DNA from: Raillietiella orientalis
Taxonomy: Eukaryota
DNA length: 64,000 bases
Assembly (NCBI GenBank): GCA_036172245.1
Contig: JAYWIR010000024.1
Coordinates: 2,170,001-2,234,000, forward strand
Direction of reading: 5' to 3'
A model generated the notes under the pieces. That model saw only the letters and a program-made list of their open reading frames with translations, was not told where the DNA came from and searched no databases. Numbering within the stretch: the stretch's first letter is position 1; each line of letters begins with the position of its first letter. Below, in pieces: positions 1 through 11,500 of this stretch. The position numbers were made by a program, and so were the translations under genes.

Positions 1-1
1 A

Positions 2-1036
2 GCACTTCCTTCACCGGGAGCGCCTCTCCCCATCACCGAGTGCGATGCGCACCGCGGCCGTGGCCCGACCCTGGCGGCAATCACGAGGCGTCATCTCGTT
101 CTGGAGAGCTACAGACGCAGCATCTCGACACCTTTTCCTTTTCGCGGTTCCCCCGGAACGCCTGATGCGCTCCCTCGACATCCAAGCGCAGTCGGTTCAA
201 CTTACCGACTAGCGTACTCTCTCCCATTGCTTCCCGAAAGAATGCGACAGGCGCTTGTATCCATGCAACGCCGGAGCTCAAGCTGGCAGCCCTCGCGTAG
301 AGCTCCAAACACCCCGCCCGAAAGGACGACAGTTTCCAGCTGCAGATCGCAACACCCCACAACAACATCAAACGCCACCTTCGCCGACCAGCCACTCTTG
401 TTGCACTCGGAGACCACGCCGGATAACCCCGCGAAAGGGTGGAAGATCCTTTCCCGCTCGAGCGAGCATCCAGCAGCCTGCGCGTCTCTGGGCGACGCTC
501 ATCCTTCCCGCCTTTTCCATGCACCTCCCTGCCCATCCGCCCTCGGAGCCGCCTCTCTGACTCAGCCACCCGCACTCGCACCGTCGCAAAGGACAGCAGC
601 AGAAAGCCCGCTCCGCGGCTGCGTACCATCTCGGAGCTCGAAGGATACGCAACCGCCAGGCCGCACTGCCTACGCACCCACGAGCAGTGAGATCCGGCGG
701 GAACTCGGTCGGTTGCTGCGGCGAGAAGAAGGAAGAGGCTGGAATGCAACTCGGAACCCATCCGAGGAGGCTGCCAACTTCCGCCTCAGGGACGGACGGA
801 ATGGGAGTTCCTCACGGTTGCCTGGGGAGGTATCCTCGGTGCCTCGAACGGGCGCGAGGAGAGCAAAGTCTGCGCCCCGGAGGGACACCCGGCAGACTGG
901 CTCGCTGAACGAACGGAACGCAAAACACAAAAGCGAAAGTCAGCATCACCACGCCGCTCCGAATTCGCCTCCAGCGCCGGCCTCTATGCAAAAGTCAGAC
1001 ACACATCTTCCGAGACACATGGATCATCGCGTCTAA
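2..1036 (+). CDS. Partial (5'-truncated) Ser/Pro/Arg-rich low-complexity ORF, probably the terminal exon of a gene starting left of the window
   Basis: The frame of the 227..1036 ORF is stop-free back to position 2 (344 sense codons). It ends in TAA at 1034-1036, followed by a drop in GC and AATAAA at 1232-1237. No recognisable domain. Confidence 0.45.
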   Translation, partial: ALPSPGAPLPITECDAHRGRGPTLAAITRRHLVLESYRRSISTPFPFRGSPGTPDALPRHPSAVGSTYRLAYSLPLLPERMRQALVSMQRRSSSWQPSRRAPNTPPERTTVSSCRSQHPTTTSNATFADQPLLLHSETTPDNPAKGWKILSRSSEHPAACASLGDAHPSRLFHAPPCPSALGAASLTQPPALAPSQRTAAESPLRGCVPSRSSKDTQPPGRTAYAPTSSEIRRELGRLLRREEGRGWNATRNPSEEAANFRLRDGRNGSSSRLPGEVSSVPRTGARRAKSAPRRDTRQTGSLNERNAKHKSESQHHHAAPNSPPAPASMQKSDTHLPRHMDHRV

Positions 1037-4000
1037 GAATTTTTTTGAAGTAAAGCACACACAGTCATCTCTCGGTACCACCGGCATCTGAAGCAAGCGC
1101 CTGTTCAAATTTCATTCTCAAAAACACCACAAGCCGTGCGTCCAATGAGAGCATCGAACTGCAGCCAGAGGATAACTTTCGCATCGACAGCATTTTACTA
1201 CCCACAATGACTGCTCACCCCTATTTCTATTAATAAAGTTATTAGAATCAGAAACTACTGCCGACCCCTCACTTTATCTCCTTTCTCTTTTGTCTGCTGT
1301 TGGAAAACCAATCGCGAGCGGCCACTTTAACTCCAAAATGCTATTTCCATTCGGCAGTTCCCTTCAACACACATGATCGGATAACACTCGGCAAGGAACC
1401 TTGGATTGACTGCCCGGTCCACTGCTTCCATGAAATCACATTTCGATGTGATTTCCCCAGAATGACCATATGACCATGCGGACCAGTCAGCCTACCTTGT
1501 GAAGGAATCTTGCACGACCTAAAGCTGTTTATCCTCCTTCATCGGTACACCGATGGGTTCCACCGGTGCTTCCAGATATGGAAATTGGTCCCATTCTGCA
1601 AGTCACGGAGTCCAGTACTGATATGCTCCCTTTCAAACTGGCATCCTTTTCCCATGCCCGCGTCGAAGGCCGTGTGGTTACAGGGGTCTCCGAGCGTGGC
1701 ACCATACGTCGCGGGTTCGAATACCCCGAACTGAATCGACGCAGTGCATCATGGGTTCCGAGTTCATCCCGCAAGATGACGCTGGTTGGCCTACATTCAT
1801 CCGGGTGCGGCACTGGTAGCAGTTAAAACCGGATGCCCCCGATGAGGGCCGGGACAAATGGGAGTCGACCTCCGGGTCCTTCCAGGAATCACGGAATGGA
1901 GAGTTCCCCCTCCAGTTGTGAAGGAGTAGACCCCCCATTCCGGGGGGATCCTCCAAGTTGTACTGATGGAGTAGGTGTGTCGCCACCCCCTCTCCAGGGA
2001 GTGCAGAGAAGTGAGCCGATCCCTTCGGGGAACCAGCGCCCTTCTGAAATTCGGAAGCGTCCCTTCGAGGTTCTCTTCAGAGGAGTGAAAACAGGAGCGG
2101 ATCCCTTGCGGGGGATCCCTCCGGAGACCAAATTCCAGGAGCGGATCCTTTCCGGGTTCCCTTCGGAGAAGAAAGAGTAGAGCGGACCCCCGGTGGTCTC
2201 CTGGAGAGAATATGGAAGGCGACTCCCTTCTGGATTCCCCTTCGGAGACAACCAGGGTGGAGGTGATCTCCATTTCCGGGGATCCTTTCCCACGCGTGAG
2301 AGGAACGGACTCCGAGTCCTTCCTGGATTCACAGGGCGGACCCCTCCCGGGGTGCCCCCTATCTTGAAGAATTATCCACCCTCGGGTGGCGTGGAACTGT
2401 GTCGAAGAACTGCGAAGACGGAAAAGAAAGGATTTCCAGCATCTTCTTCTCTTCTACGACTCTTTCCAGGTAGCCGCTTCTTGTGTTTGGAAACGCAATG
2501 AGCATCCTCATATTTCTGCTCCAGAATAGAAGAGGGAATCTGGCCAACTAGGCTGCCGCCACTCTTACACAGAACACGTGATTCCTTGGTCAGCGAAACA
2601 CAACGAGACCGGCGTTATGGGTTGCTGGGTGCTTCCGCGCAACTGGGAAAACGGTTCGTGCCGTTGTCGAATCCAGCAACTTCTTGCTGTTCCTCTGGGA
2701 AGCGTCGCCCGCAAGTGCACTCCCCGGCTTGCGAAAACCACCCGATGCGTTCCAGAATTTCAAGCAAACTAGTGTCTACACAGTCACGCAGAAGAAGCTG
2801 GAAGTTATCAAGAAAACTGCGTTGATCAACTGGAGAATTATTTGCCAGAAGCTGAGACTCCGTCCTCTTAGCCGATCTAGTGCTCACTACACGATGGCGA
2901 ACCCGTTCTGGCGACTCGTAGATGCAGTCAAGCGGTGAGCGGAAGGCAGTTCCAAATTTCCTGCAACAGAGCAAGATTTTGGACCCGAATTCTCCAATGG
3001 AGGAGGTGGGCGCATCAATCATGAGTCGACACGTTTTCGCACAGAGACCTCGCCTGAACACCAACCGATAAAGCAAAGACGGAAAGCGAGAAGAAAACAC
3101 GCAGAATTCTGCTGGACAAAAGTCGAAGTACTGTCGAGTAAGTCGAGCATCCCATGGAAAGATGCTATGATATATCATCCGCAATGCATGTGAAGGTGCA
3201 AGGCAAAGAACTGTCTCCATTCGCAACAAGAGGCTACGCATCACAATTCCAAGACGTAGACGTAGTTCTCGGAATTTAACTGAGCCGGTATGGCAACCGA
3301 ATGACATCATCCCAATGGAAACTTGGAAAAGACACTCACTGAACCTTCCTTACCTCCGACATACCCTTCTTGCCCCTTACCGGTCACGACAAACCCAGCT
3401 TGAGATGCAGAAGCGTTAATCTTTTGTCTCCGGACTGTTCCGTGACCAAGGTCAAGTTGGCAATCATGACGCTTTGACGTTTTCAAATGAAGGTAGTAAT
3501 CACGTGCAGATATTCAACAGCCCACCCCGGAGAAGGTGCTCACCAAATTGGCATCTGGACTCACCCTAACTCAGAAGCATTTGACTCAATCCGACACACC
3601 TCGACCCAGAGGCTGCCCACAATTCACAGCTTCCACTGTCTTCGTGAGGTACGGCTCAGAGCTCGGACATCCAACACTTGCTTGATTCCCAGCTCAAGGG
3701 TTTTCAAGTCTTCCCACCACCCCAGGCTGTTCGCGTCAACACTTTTCGGACTGGCACGCGTATCGCTGCAGCCCGCATGTGATCGATCGAAACAAACTGC
3801 GCGAGGGAATTCCGAGGCATCAGGCGAAGGTGGTTGAGTTTACTCAGCTCCGATTTCATGCTGTCTCTAAACAGATGGCGGTGGCGAAGGGATGCTATTT
3901 TCCTCAAGCGTCATAGCAAGCATCCACGTTAACATCTGCAAGGTAGAACCTGGGATGTTAACGTGGTTCTACCTCGTTCCGCGTTTCCATTTTCTACTCG

Positions 4001-4116
4001 ATTCATTGCGAGCATCTCACGAAAAAGAAAGGCCACTGCTGCTTCTCGTACTAGTGATGGGCAGGAAGCTCGACCGTGACATAATCAAAGGTCAACAAAA
4101 TCAAAACAGCGAATTA

Positions 4117-4437
4117 TTAACATAAGGATGTACAGAATGATTGTGTCACGATACCGGGATAAGCTAATCGGGAGATCACGGTACATATGCGGAGTAGATC
4201 CGCCGAACTTGAGGGGGGAGGGGGACCGTAAAAAATTTGGGAAGACCTCTTCCCGTGAAGATTTACTGGAAAATTCGAATGGCAAACAACGGGTTTGAAA
4301 CTTTCCAGCAATTCCCACAGCACAATCACGAAATTACCTTGTAGCTGCTCTTGGGCATCTGCTCTTAGTGCAAGTCCACTGCAAGCAACGAAGATGGCGA
4401 ACAGAGTTGCAGGAGCGAGCACTTCCTTCGCGCGCAT
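4117..4437 (-). CDS. Putative small secreted peptide precursor, 82 aa, 2 exons (4437-4338, 4265-4117)
   Basis: MRAKEVLAPATLFAIFVACSGLALRADA is signal-peptide-like with an A-x-A end. A 72-nt intron at 4337-4266 has donor AG|GTAATT and acceptor TTTTCCAG. The spliced product continues QEQLQVNLH-GKR-SSQIFYGPPPPSSSADLLRICTVISRLAYPGIVTQSFCTSLC*. Confidence 0.55.
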   Translation of the reverse strand: MRAKEVLAPATLFAIFVACSGLALRADAQEQLQGNFVIVLWELLESFKPVVCHSNFPVNLHGKRSSQIFYGPPPPSSSADLLRICTVISRLAYPGIVTQSFCTSLC

Positions 4438-5508
4438 CTCGACTTCGGGAAGATTTCGCCGCACGAGTGAAGGGGCAAAAATGCAATTCAAGGTTACGTC
4501 ATGGACCGACGGAGAGGCATCCACCCAAAGCGAGCCCAGCCTCGGAATAAAAAAGAGAAACGGAGATCGACGTGCTCTCCCCTTCCCTCCCACGTTCAGG
4601 ACGGGAACGAGCGAAGAGCGCAAACACTGGAATTAAATCTTCCAGGGGAACACAGCGACTCTTCCGCCGCCGTTCGCGCGACGCGAGATTGAAAGTCGCC
4701 GGAAGCAGACGTGCGCACAGACCACACGAAGCGTGAAAATTTTCCAAAGCAAGACGAAGATCCCTGGCATCCGGGATCTGCAACGTGAGGCGCCCTCCGC
4801 CAGTATCGGAGGCGCGCGAGAGAACGCACGCATCGGATGCCCCCTGTCGAGGCGCACCGGAGAGGAGGCCGTTGCTCCAAGTCAGGACTTGCTGCCGACG
4901 GCCCTTCTGCAACTGGACGTGCATCTCAGTGACAGATGCGCGTTCCCCTGCCAACGAAGAACGCCGGCGGAGGACGGTTCCGTTCCGAATCGGAACCAAA
5001 TGCAACAAATCTGATCCAGGCCACGTGGAGAAAGCTGCACCGTCGGATGATCCGCTCGCGGTTCGTGCTCGACGGGTGCCTCCTCATGCTGGAGTTTGGA
5101 TGAAGCATTGCGAAATCAATCCGCTGCGGCCGATCTCTGGCCCAATCGCCTGCACCAGTAACGAAGAGTTCCAATACAGCTGCTTCACATCGCAGGAAAA
5201 CCTCTCGACGACTGCGATGCGGCGAAAACACGGCGAGCTCCATCGCACGGGTTTACGGGGCGGAGAAAAACTTTTGCTGCTTTCAAGGTTCTGGAAATTT
5301 ATTTCTCCAGCGTAAACTCTGGGCGATATCGCGGCAGGACCCCGAACTTCGCTGCATCACTCCCTGAGACCTTTCGAGAGCTTATGTTTCACGCGCCACT
5401 TTCACTGCATTCAAGGTTCGATGGGTTCTCACAGAGCCTTCGTCTTTCCGTGTCCGATGCCAACAGGGCAGCGCCTAGCGAGGAAGCGGTCCTTTTACTA
5501 CGAAGGCA

Positions 5509-8500
5509 TCAGGCTATATTGGTTGGATTCCAAGACAACTTGGGCCTGGTCTGAAGCCCGTTAAGAAAGTTGATGTCGTTTTCTTCTAGCTGAAAATCCA
5601 GCTGGATGTTTTCACGGATGTGCTCCGGGTTGGTCGACTTGGGTAGAACGCCTACGAGAGAAAAAAAAAAAAAAAAAAAAAATGGGTGTCTTACTCTGTT
5701 TGCGACCGTTTACAAAGTTTTACAAATTGATGGGGGGGGGGGTCCGATCCGGGTTCGAGGAACAAGGGATTCTTCCCAGCTCGAGGGGGAAGATGCTTAA
5801 GGAAAACGCGTCCGTCGGCAATGAGTAACATCGGAATTCCGGCCGCCATGACGTTCTCTTCGATCCGCGATGATCCCGCCCGCGCGCGAATCCGAATGCC
5901 TGCGGAATGGCTCGAGCGTTTCCAGGAGGGTCATGCCCAACCGATCTCCATCGCCTCACACCCCTGATCTCCCATGCCGCTCACGTGCTTTGGCCGTCCG
6001 TTTTGGGACGTTCCGTGGGGTTTTCAGACTGCACGCAAACTTTGGTTAGGCAGGCCGATGACGAACTGAGGATAAACTGGGTCAACGCCCAGAAGCTCAT
6101 GCCCGTCACGTAAGTGCCACACCGGCGACGCGCGTTGTTCCGGCAGCGTGCAAGAGGAAGCGCAGCCGGAGAAAGGAAGTTTAATTCCCAGAGGTTTCCC
6201 TCTCACGGGGGTCTGCGAACACGGACCACGAGAAGATCAGATGTCGAAAGTCCCGAAATCACGTACACACCGCAGTCCGACGGGACAGCACGCTGGCGTC
6301 ACTCGATGGTTCCGTGGCTACGGGCAACCGACGAGCCGAACCCGATGCGGAACCTTGCGTTGCTGGGGAGGTTCACAATACCGTCAACACGATAGTACCA
6401 ATGTTTTGTTGCACGGCCCATTTCAGAATGACTTGGGCCGGGGTCCTATTGTATTTGACGGCGAACTCCTTGATGAACGGATCGTTTAAGATCTCCAGGT
6501 TGTGTTCGCTGGTGCCTCCCAACGTCGAATAGGACTGGAAGTGAATATTGTGCTTCGAGCAAAAATCAACGATCCCCGGATGAGTGAAATAGGGATTGAA
6601 TTCGTTCTGAAATCGAAATATCACCGCATGTTAGTTCATGAGAAGAAAGGGGGGAGGGGAGAAATAAAGTAAGAGCAATTCGGATTAACTGAGATGCATG
6701 TGAACTGAGCACTTCCGAGGCAGAACAACAAATGAGAGACTGCACTTACTTGCATGAGAGATTGGCATGATGGCTCTCCTGGAAACCACCGATCGAATCG
6801 ATGGGCCGCGCAGTGGGAATGCAGGACGCACAGGAGGAACCATGTTTGACGCGCATGACAAAAATACGGGAGAGCCCAGCAGCTTCGACGGAAACCGTTC
6901 CCACCCAGCGAAGCAAACTAGTGTCTACACAGTGTCTAAACCGAGCGAAGTGTAGCAGGAGCGGTGTCCAGAGAAGAAGGGGGAAGGGCCATTTTGAAAG
7001 TGCATCGGTAGCAATAGAGCGCTCGAAAAGGGAAGCGACCGGACTTCCATACGAGATAATGGGTTGGCACTGCGGGATGGGTGCGTGTGCGTGTGTCGAA
7101 GAGAGAGAGAGAGAGGGGGGCTTTGTGGTACAAGAGTTCAAAAGTACCTGCAAGACTTGCGGTGTAACGCTGCAGTAAGAAAACAAATCCTTCAGATGCT
7201 TCTCGGTGTAGTTGGAAACCCCGATGCATTTCAGCGTGCCATCTTTGTAGAAGCTTTCCAGCTGCAACCAAGTTTCCTTCCTGTAAAGTCTGTTCAGTGG
7301 ATCCCCAGGTAAAATGCCTTGGATACCTTCAAAGAGAGAAAATTGCTTTTATGCAAAGAAAAGAGCGCGGAACCACACGCCTCCCCTTCCGAGTTGGCCA
7401 CTTGCAAATCAAATGATGCTACCCAGCTTGTGTTATTGAGGAATTTCAAAAGTCTGTCCCCTCCCAACTGATTTGCTGGAGTCCCGGGAATTCGCCTCCC
7501 CAGGGTGGGTGGGACTTGACTGCCACGCACAAAGGATCTCCCCAACAGCAAAAACCAACACCCCAACACTGCTGCCAACCTTCCAGCAGATCAGTTTTCA
7601 TGACGAGACAACTTTCAGGCCGAAACCAAAGGCTTGCCGTCCACCTCGCTCGTCTCAAGCGAAGAGTCCGCAAAACTTTCCGGCCGGATGCGCGTGGAGT
7701 CGCACTCGAGACACGACGAATCATCCTTGGTTTGTCTTGAGTATCTCGCTGCAACGGAAAGAAATTGCTTCGCTGAAGGATCCGAGGTTGGTAGGTATAT
7801 GCAAGAAACTCCTGGACGAAGACCGATGCAGAAATGTGATACCGATCTCTTATCCGCAGAAGCCTCTGGTCACAAAGAGCATCCCTCAAACCCGCCGCAT
7901 ATGGCAAACGCAAAGTTTCTCCCACCTTCACGGAGGGTGAGTTATTCCGTGCTCAGCAGTGCACGGAAAAACAAGACGACTTGCAAACAGAGCGGTATAT
8001 TTCTACCACAGATCTCATGAATCAGCTCCAATCGGAGATTTGTTAAATTCCGGCATTTCAACGTGCATCTCCTTGGCGATGGAGCTTGCTTCCTTGGAAA
8101 AGACTATGTCTCTTAGGTTGGGGAAGGCGTTCCGTGGAATTTCTCCGACACAATGGAGGGAGAGGTAGGCGTAGATGATGAGAAAATCCGCGAGGGAAAA
8201 AGTATCTCCTACGATGTACCTGTTCCCTCCTCTCGGACTCGGTTTGGAGTCAACGAAGGTCAAGTATTGATTCAACTTCCGAAAGTACGGGTTGTGGTCA
8301 CCACTTGCCTCCTTGTCGCCACCGTCTATGGGATTCAGTTCCAAACCCTTTATCAGGGTTCCGTCTTGCAGCGTGCTGAAAAATTTCCGCACCAAATCGT
8401 CTACGAGCAAGGTCTCGTGGCTGTTACGTCCGTACATGTTGTGCTCGCTCGCTATGAAACGGCAAATGACGGGCGTCTGCCCAAGTACTTTGCTATCGTC

Positions 8501-11500
8501 CACTAGGAGCAGTGGCATCTTGGCGAAGGGAATCAGACTCTTCACCGCGGGCCAGTCTTCTTTAGTCACGGACACGATCTCGTGATGAACACCGATGACA
8601 CGGAGGAGGAGCAGAGGAATGGACGGGATGGAGTCCAACGGGCGGCACATTTTGAAATCGATGTACTTGAACGACGTGTGCCTCATTTTCCTCTGGATGA
8701 TTTCGTAGTGAAGCTTTTCGGCTCTCTTTTCCTTAGCCAACACCGCCTTTCTCTTTTCCTGCAGCCCTTCGACGGCTTTCTGCACCGTTTTGTACAAGAA
8801 CGAACTCAACGCGATCAAGAAACTGCAGGCCGTTATCCACAGTGCAGCGCCCATGTTTCACACAACTTTTGAGCTTCCTGGTCTCTCAGAAATCAGTGGT
8901 ATCGCTGCTAGAAACTTGCCAGTTGCATCAAAAGAAACACTACGCCACAGAAAGACCAACTGTGGTAACCATGACAACCCTCCTGCGACCTCGCTTCGCG
9001 ATGCAAACTCCAGGAAACCCGAAAATTTTGCAGGGAGATGTAAACACTTACTCCATTAATCAACGAATCTGTTTTTTTTTTTTTTTTTTTTTCTTTTCTT
9101 TATGGTGCCTCTGCAGCGTACTTTGAAGATGAAGCACGCGGCGAAAACGTAGGTGCAAAAACGACTACTGCGCGCAGGCACCGGAAGCGAAGGTCGACGA
9201 AACGTGTTGAGGACGGCAACTCGGCTGGAGCCTGAATTCCATGACTGAGAGGGGATTCCGAAAGAAAGAAGCGATAACGAGCGGTGAGCGCAGTTCAGCG
9301 ACACGCCACCCACACAAAACCTGCCATATTTGTCAAATTTGCATTACGTTCGAGACTCTCCACCCACCCACCCACCCCACCGAAGCGAACACTTCGACAT
9401 GGAGACGATGGCGCAGCGCGCACACCACGATGAGGCATGCCGGGATCTGATGACGTCCAAGCGGGTCGGAACCGAGGCTGAGATCTTCTCGGCGTGCGGA
9501 AACCCGGATGAGCAAGACGGGGGGGGGCGGCTTTTGAAGGACAAACCAAACTTGAAGAACGAGAGGGAGAAACATGTGGATGGGTGGAGTCGAGATGCCA
9601 AGCCAAAGCTTCGTTTCCTTTCAAGGAAAACGGATAGTGCTGTTGGCTGCACAACCAACAACACTTTCGGACTTTCGACTAGCGGATCGGTTCCCTCCTT
9701 CCCCCCCCCCCCCCCCCACCCGGTCCCACACACCTCACCCCCTGCCACCAACGCAACTCGATCCCAATCGCGCGCCCGATGGGTGAATCGTACTCCTGAC
9801 CTTTCCACTTCCCGTTTGCTTTTGTCAAATTTGCATTACGGCGCACCTTTGGGATAAGCAACGCCAGGTCAAATGACCCTAATTGCGCATTGCCTGAGAT
9901 AAGCCCTCCCTTTTCAAATGCCTCGATTATTACTTTTTCCTTTTTCGTACAAAGCAAATTACCTGGCCAATGTATTAGATACAGATCGATGTACTCCAGC
10001 TGCAAGAGTGATAGGGAATTCTTCACTGCATTGAAACACTTTTCCTTTCCTTGAGAAGCAGGACCTGCAAAGAACAGTCAAGAGTAAGTTGACAGTTTGA
10101 AAGACAAACACCGAAGACAACTTCTATGCCATGCCAGCATCTAGGAGGTACACTGTACGCTTGCAAGAGATGCACGGATGGACAAAAAACACGGGAAAAA
10201 AAAAACTCCCCAATGGAAACAAAGAGGAAAATTTTTCAATCTTTTGCCCCTTCAGTGTTTCGGGAAAAAAAAAAAAACATTTCCTCGCTTACATAACGCA
10301 TTTTTGCTGAAACGGAAGCCACCAAAAGATACGACGGCAGAGAAGAATCGCTCGGTACGATTTCAATTCCACGAAGAATTTTCTGATTACTGTGCTGAAA
10401 GAAAAAAACCCAACAGGTTGGATGGAACGCAATCGAAAATCTCGGGAGTTTCGACCCCAGCCACCATCCAGCCACGCTCACCGAAATATCCCCAGCTATT
10501 GAAAATCGAGACCGTGAGGTAGGTGGTGACCCGCAGCAGGAAGCTTTACGTGGAGATTCAAACAGAAACTGCAGCAGCCCGGAATGGGATCTCACTGGGA
10601 CTTTGCCGTATTAAGAAAAACACACACGCGACTGTTAACAAGAAGCCATACGCTGAAAACAAAATACACGTCGCAAGCCCAAACCAATGCGAGCATTCGG
10701 AAAGGTTACAAACCAACTTTGGATGTGATGAAGACATCTTCTCTCTTCAGCCCATGTTTCGACAGAAACGCCTTCAGCGCCGCCCCGATATCTTCTTCGT
10801 TCCCATACACTTCAGCAGTGTCTACGTGAGAGACTCGAATAGGGTGTCCCCTCTTGCGAAAGCCCAACCACACTCCACTTACCGATAGAACGGTACCCAT
10901 TTTCGAGAGCAGAGTCGACGACTTTGAAAACGAGATTCGTTCCTTTGATGCGATAGGTTCCAACTGAAAGCACATACAAAATGTTACCAGTCGACATGTT
11001 GCACACTTACGGCTACTTGGAATAAAACAACAGCAGCATATTGGATACAGCAATAGCTATTAAACGAAACGTGGGTTAGGATCGAATAAAAAAAAATAAA
11101 ATGAAATGAAATTATCCATACTCATAAAAAGAAGCAATCTATTGAAACGAAATCTGTGAGCCGAAGTAAACCGATGGATTCTTGAGCATTCGTTTCGAGC
11201 TCACTTTTCCGAATAACACTACTGAACGAATCCTTCTTTCCTTCCGTAAGAAATAACCGTGGACTTTCCTGTCGTCACTTCCGATATGCAAAACCTCATC
11301 GAAAGAATAGCCAAAGAAAAAAAAAATTTAGCTCACCTCTGTGGTTTTTATGACGCTTCGTTCCCATTTCATATTCAGCACTGCAATCAGAGAGCGGAAT
11401 GACAAAATCACGCAAGCATTTTTTCACTTTGGCTACTGAACTCCTCGAGATACTGGAAAACCATCAGGAAAAAACTATTTGCCCCTTCGTTGCAAACTAA

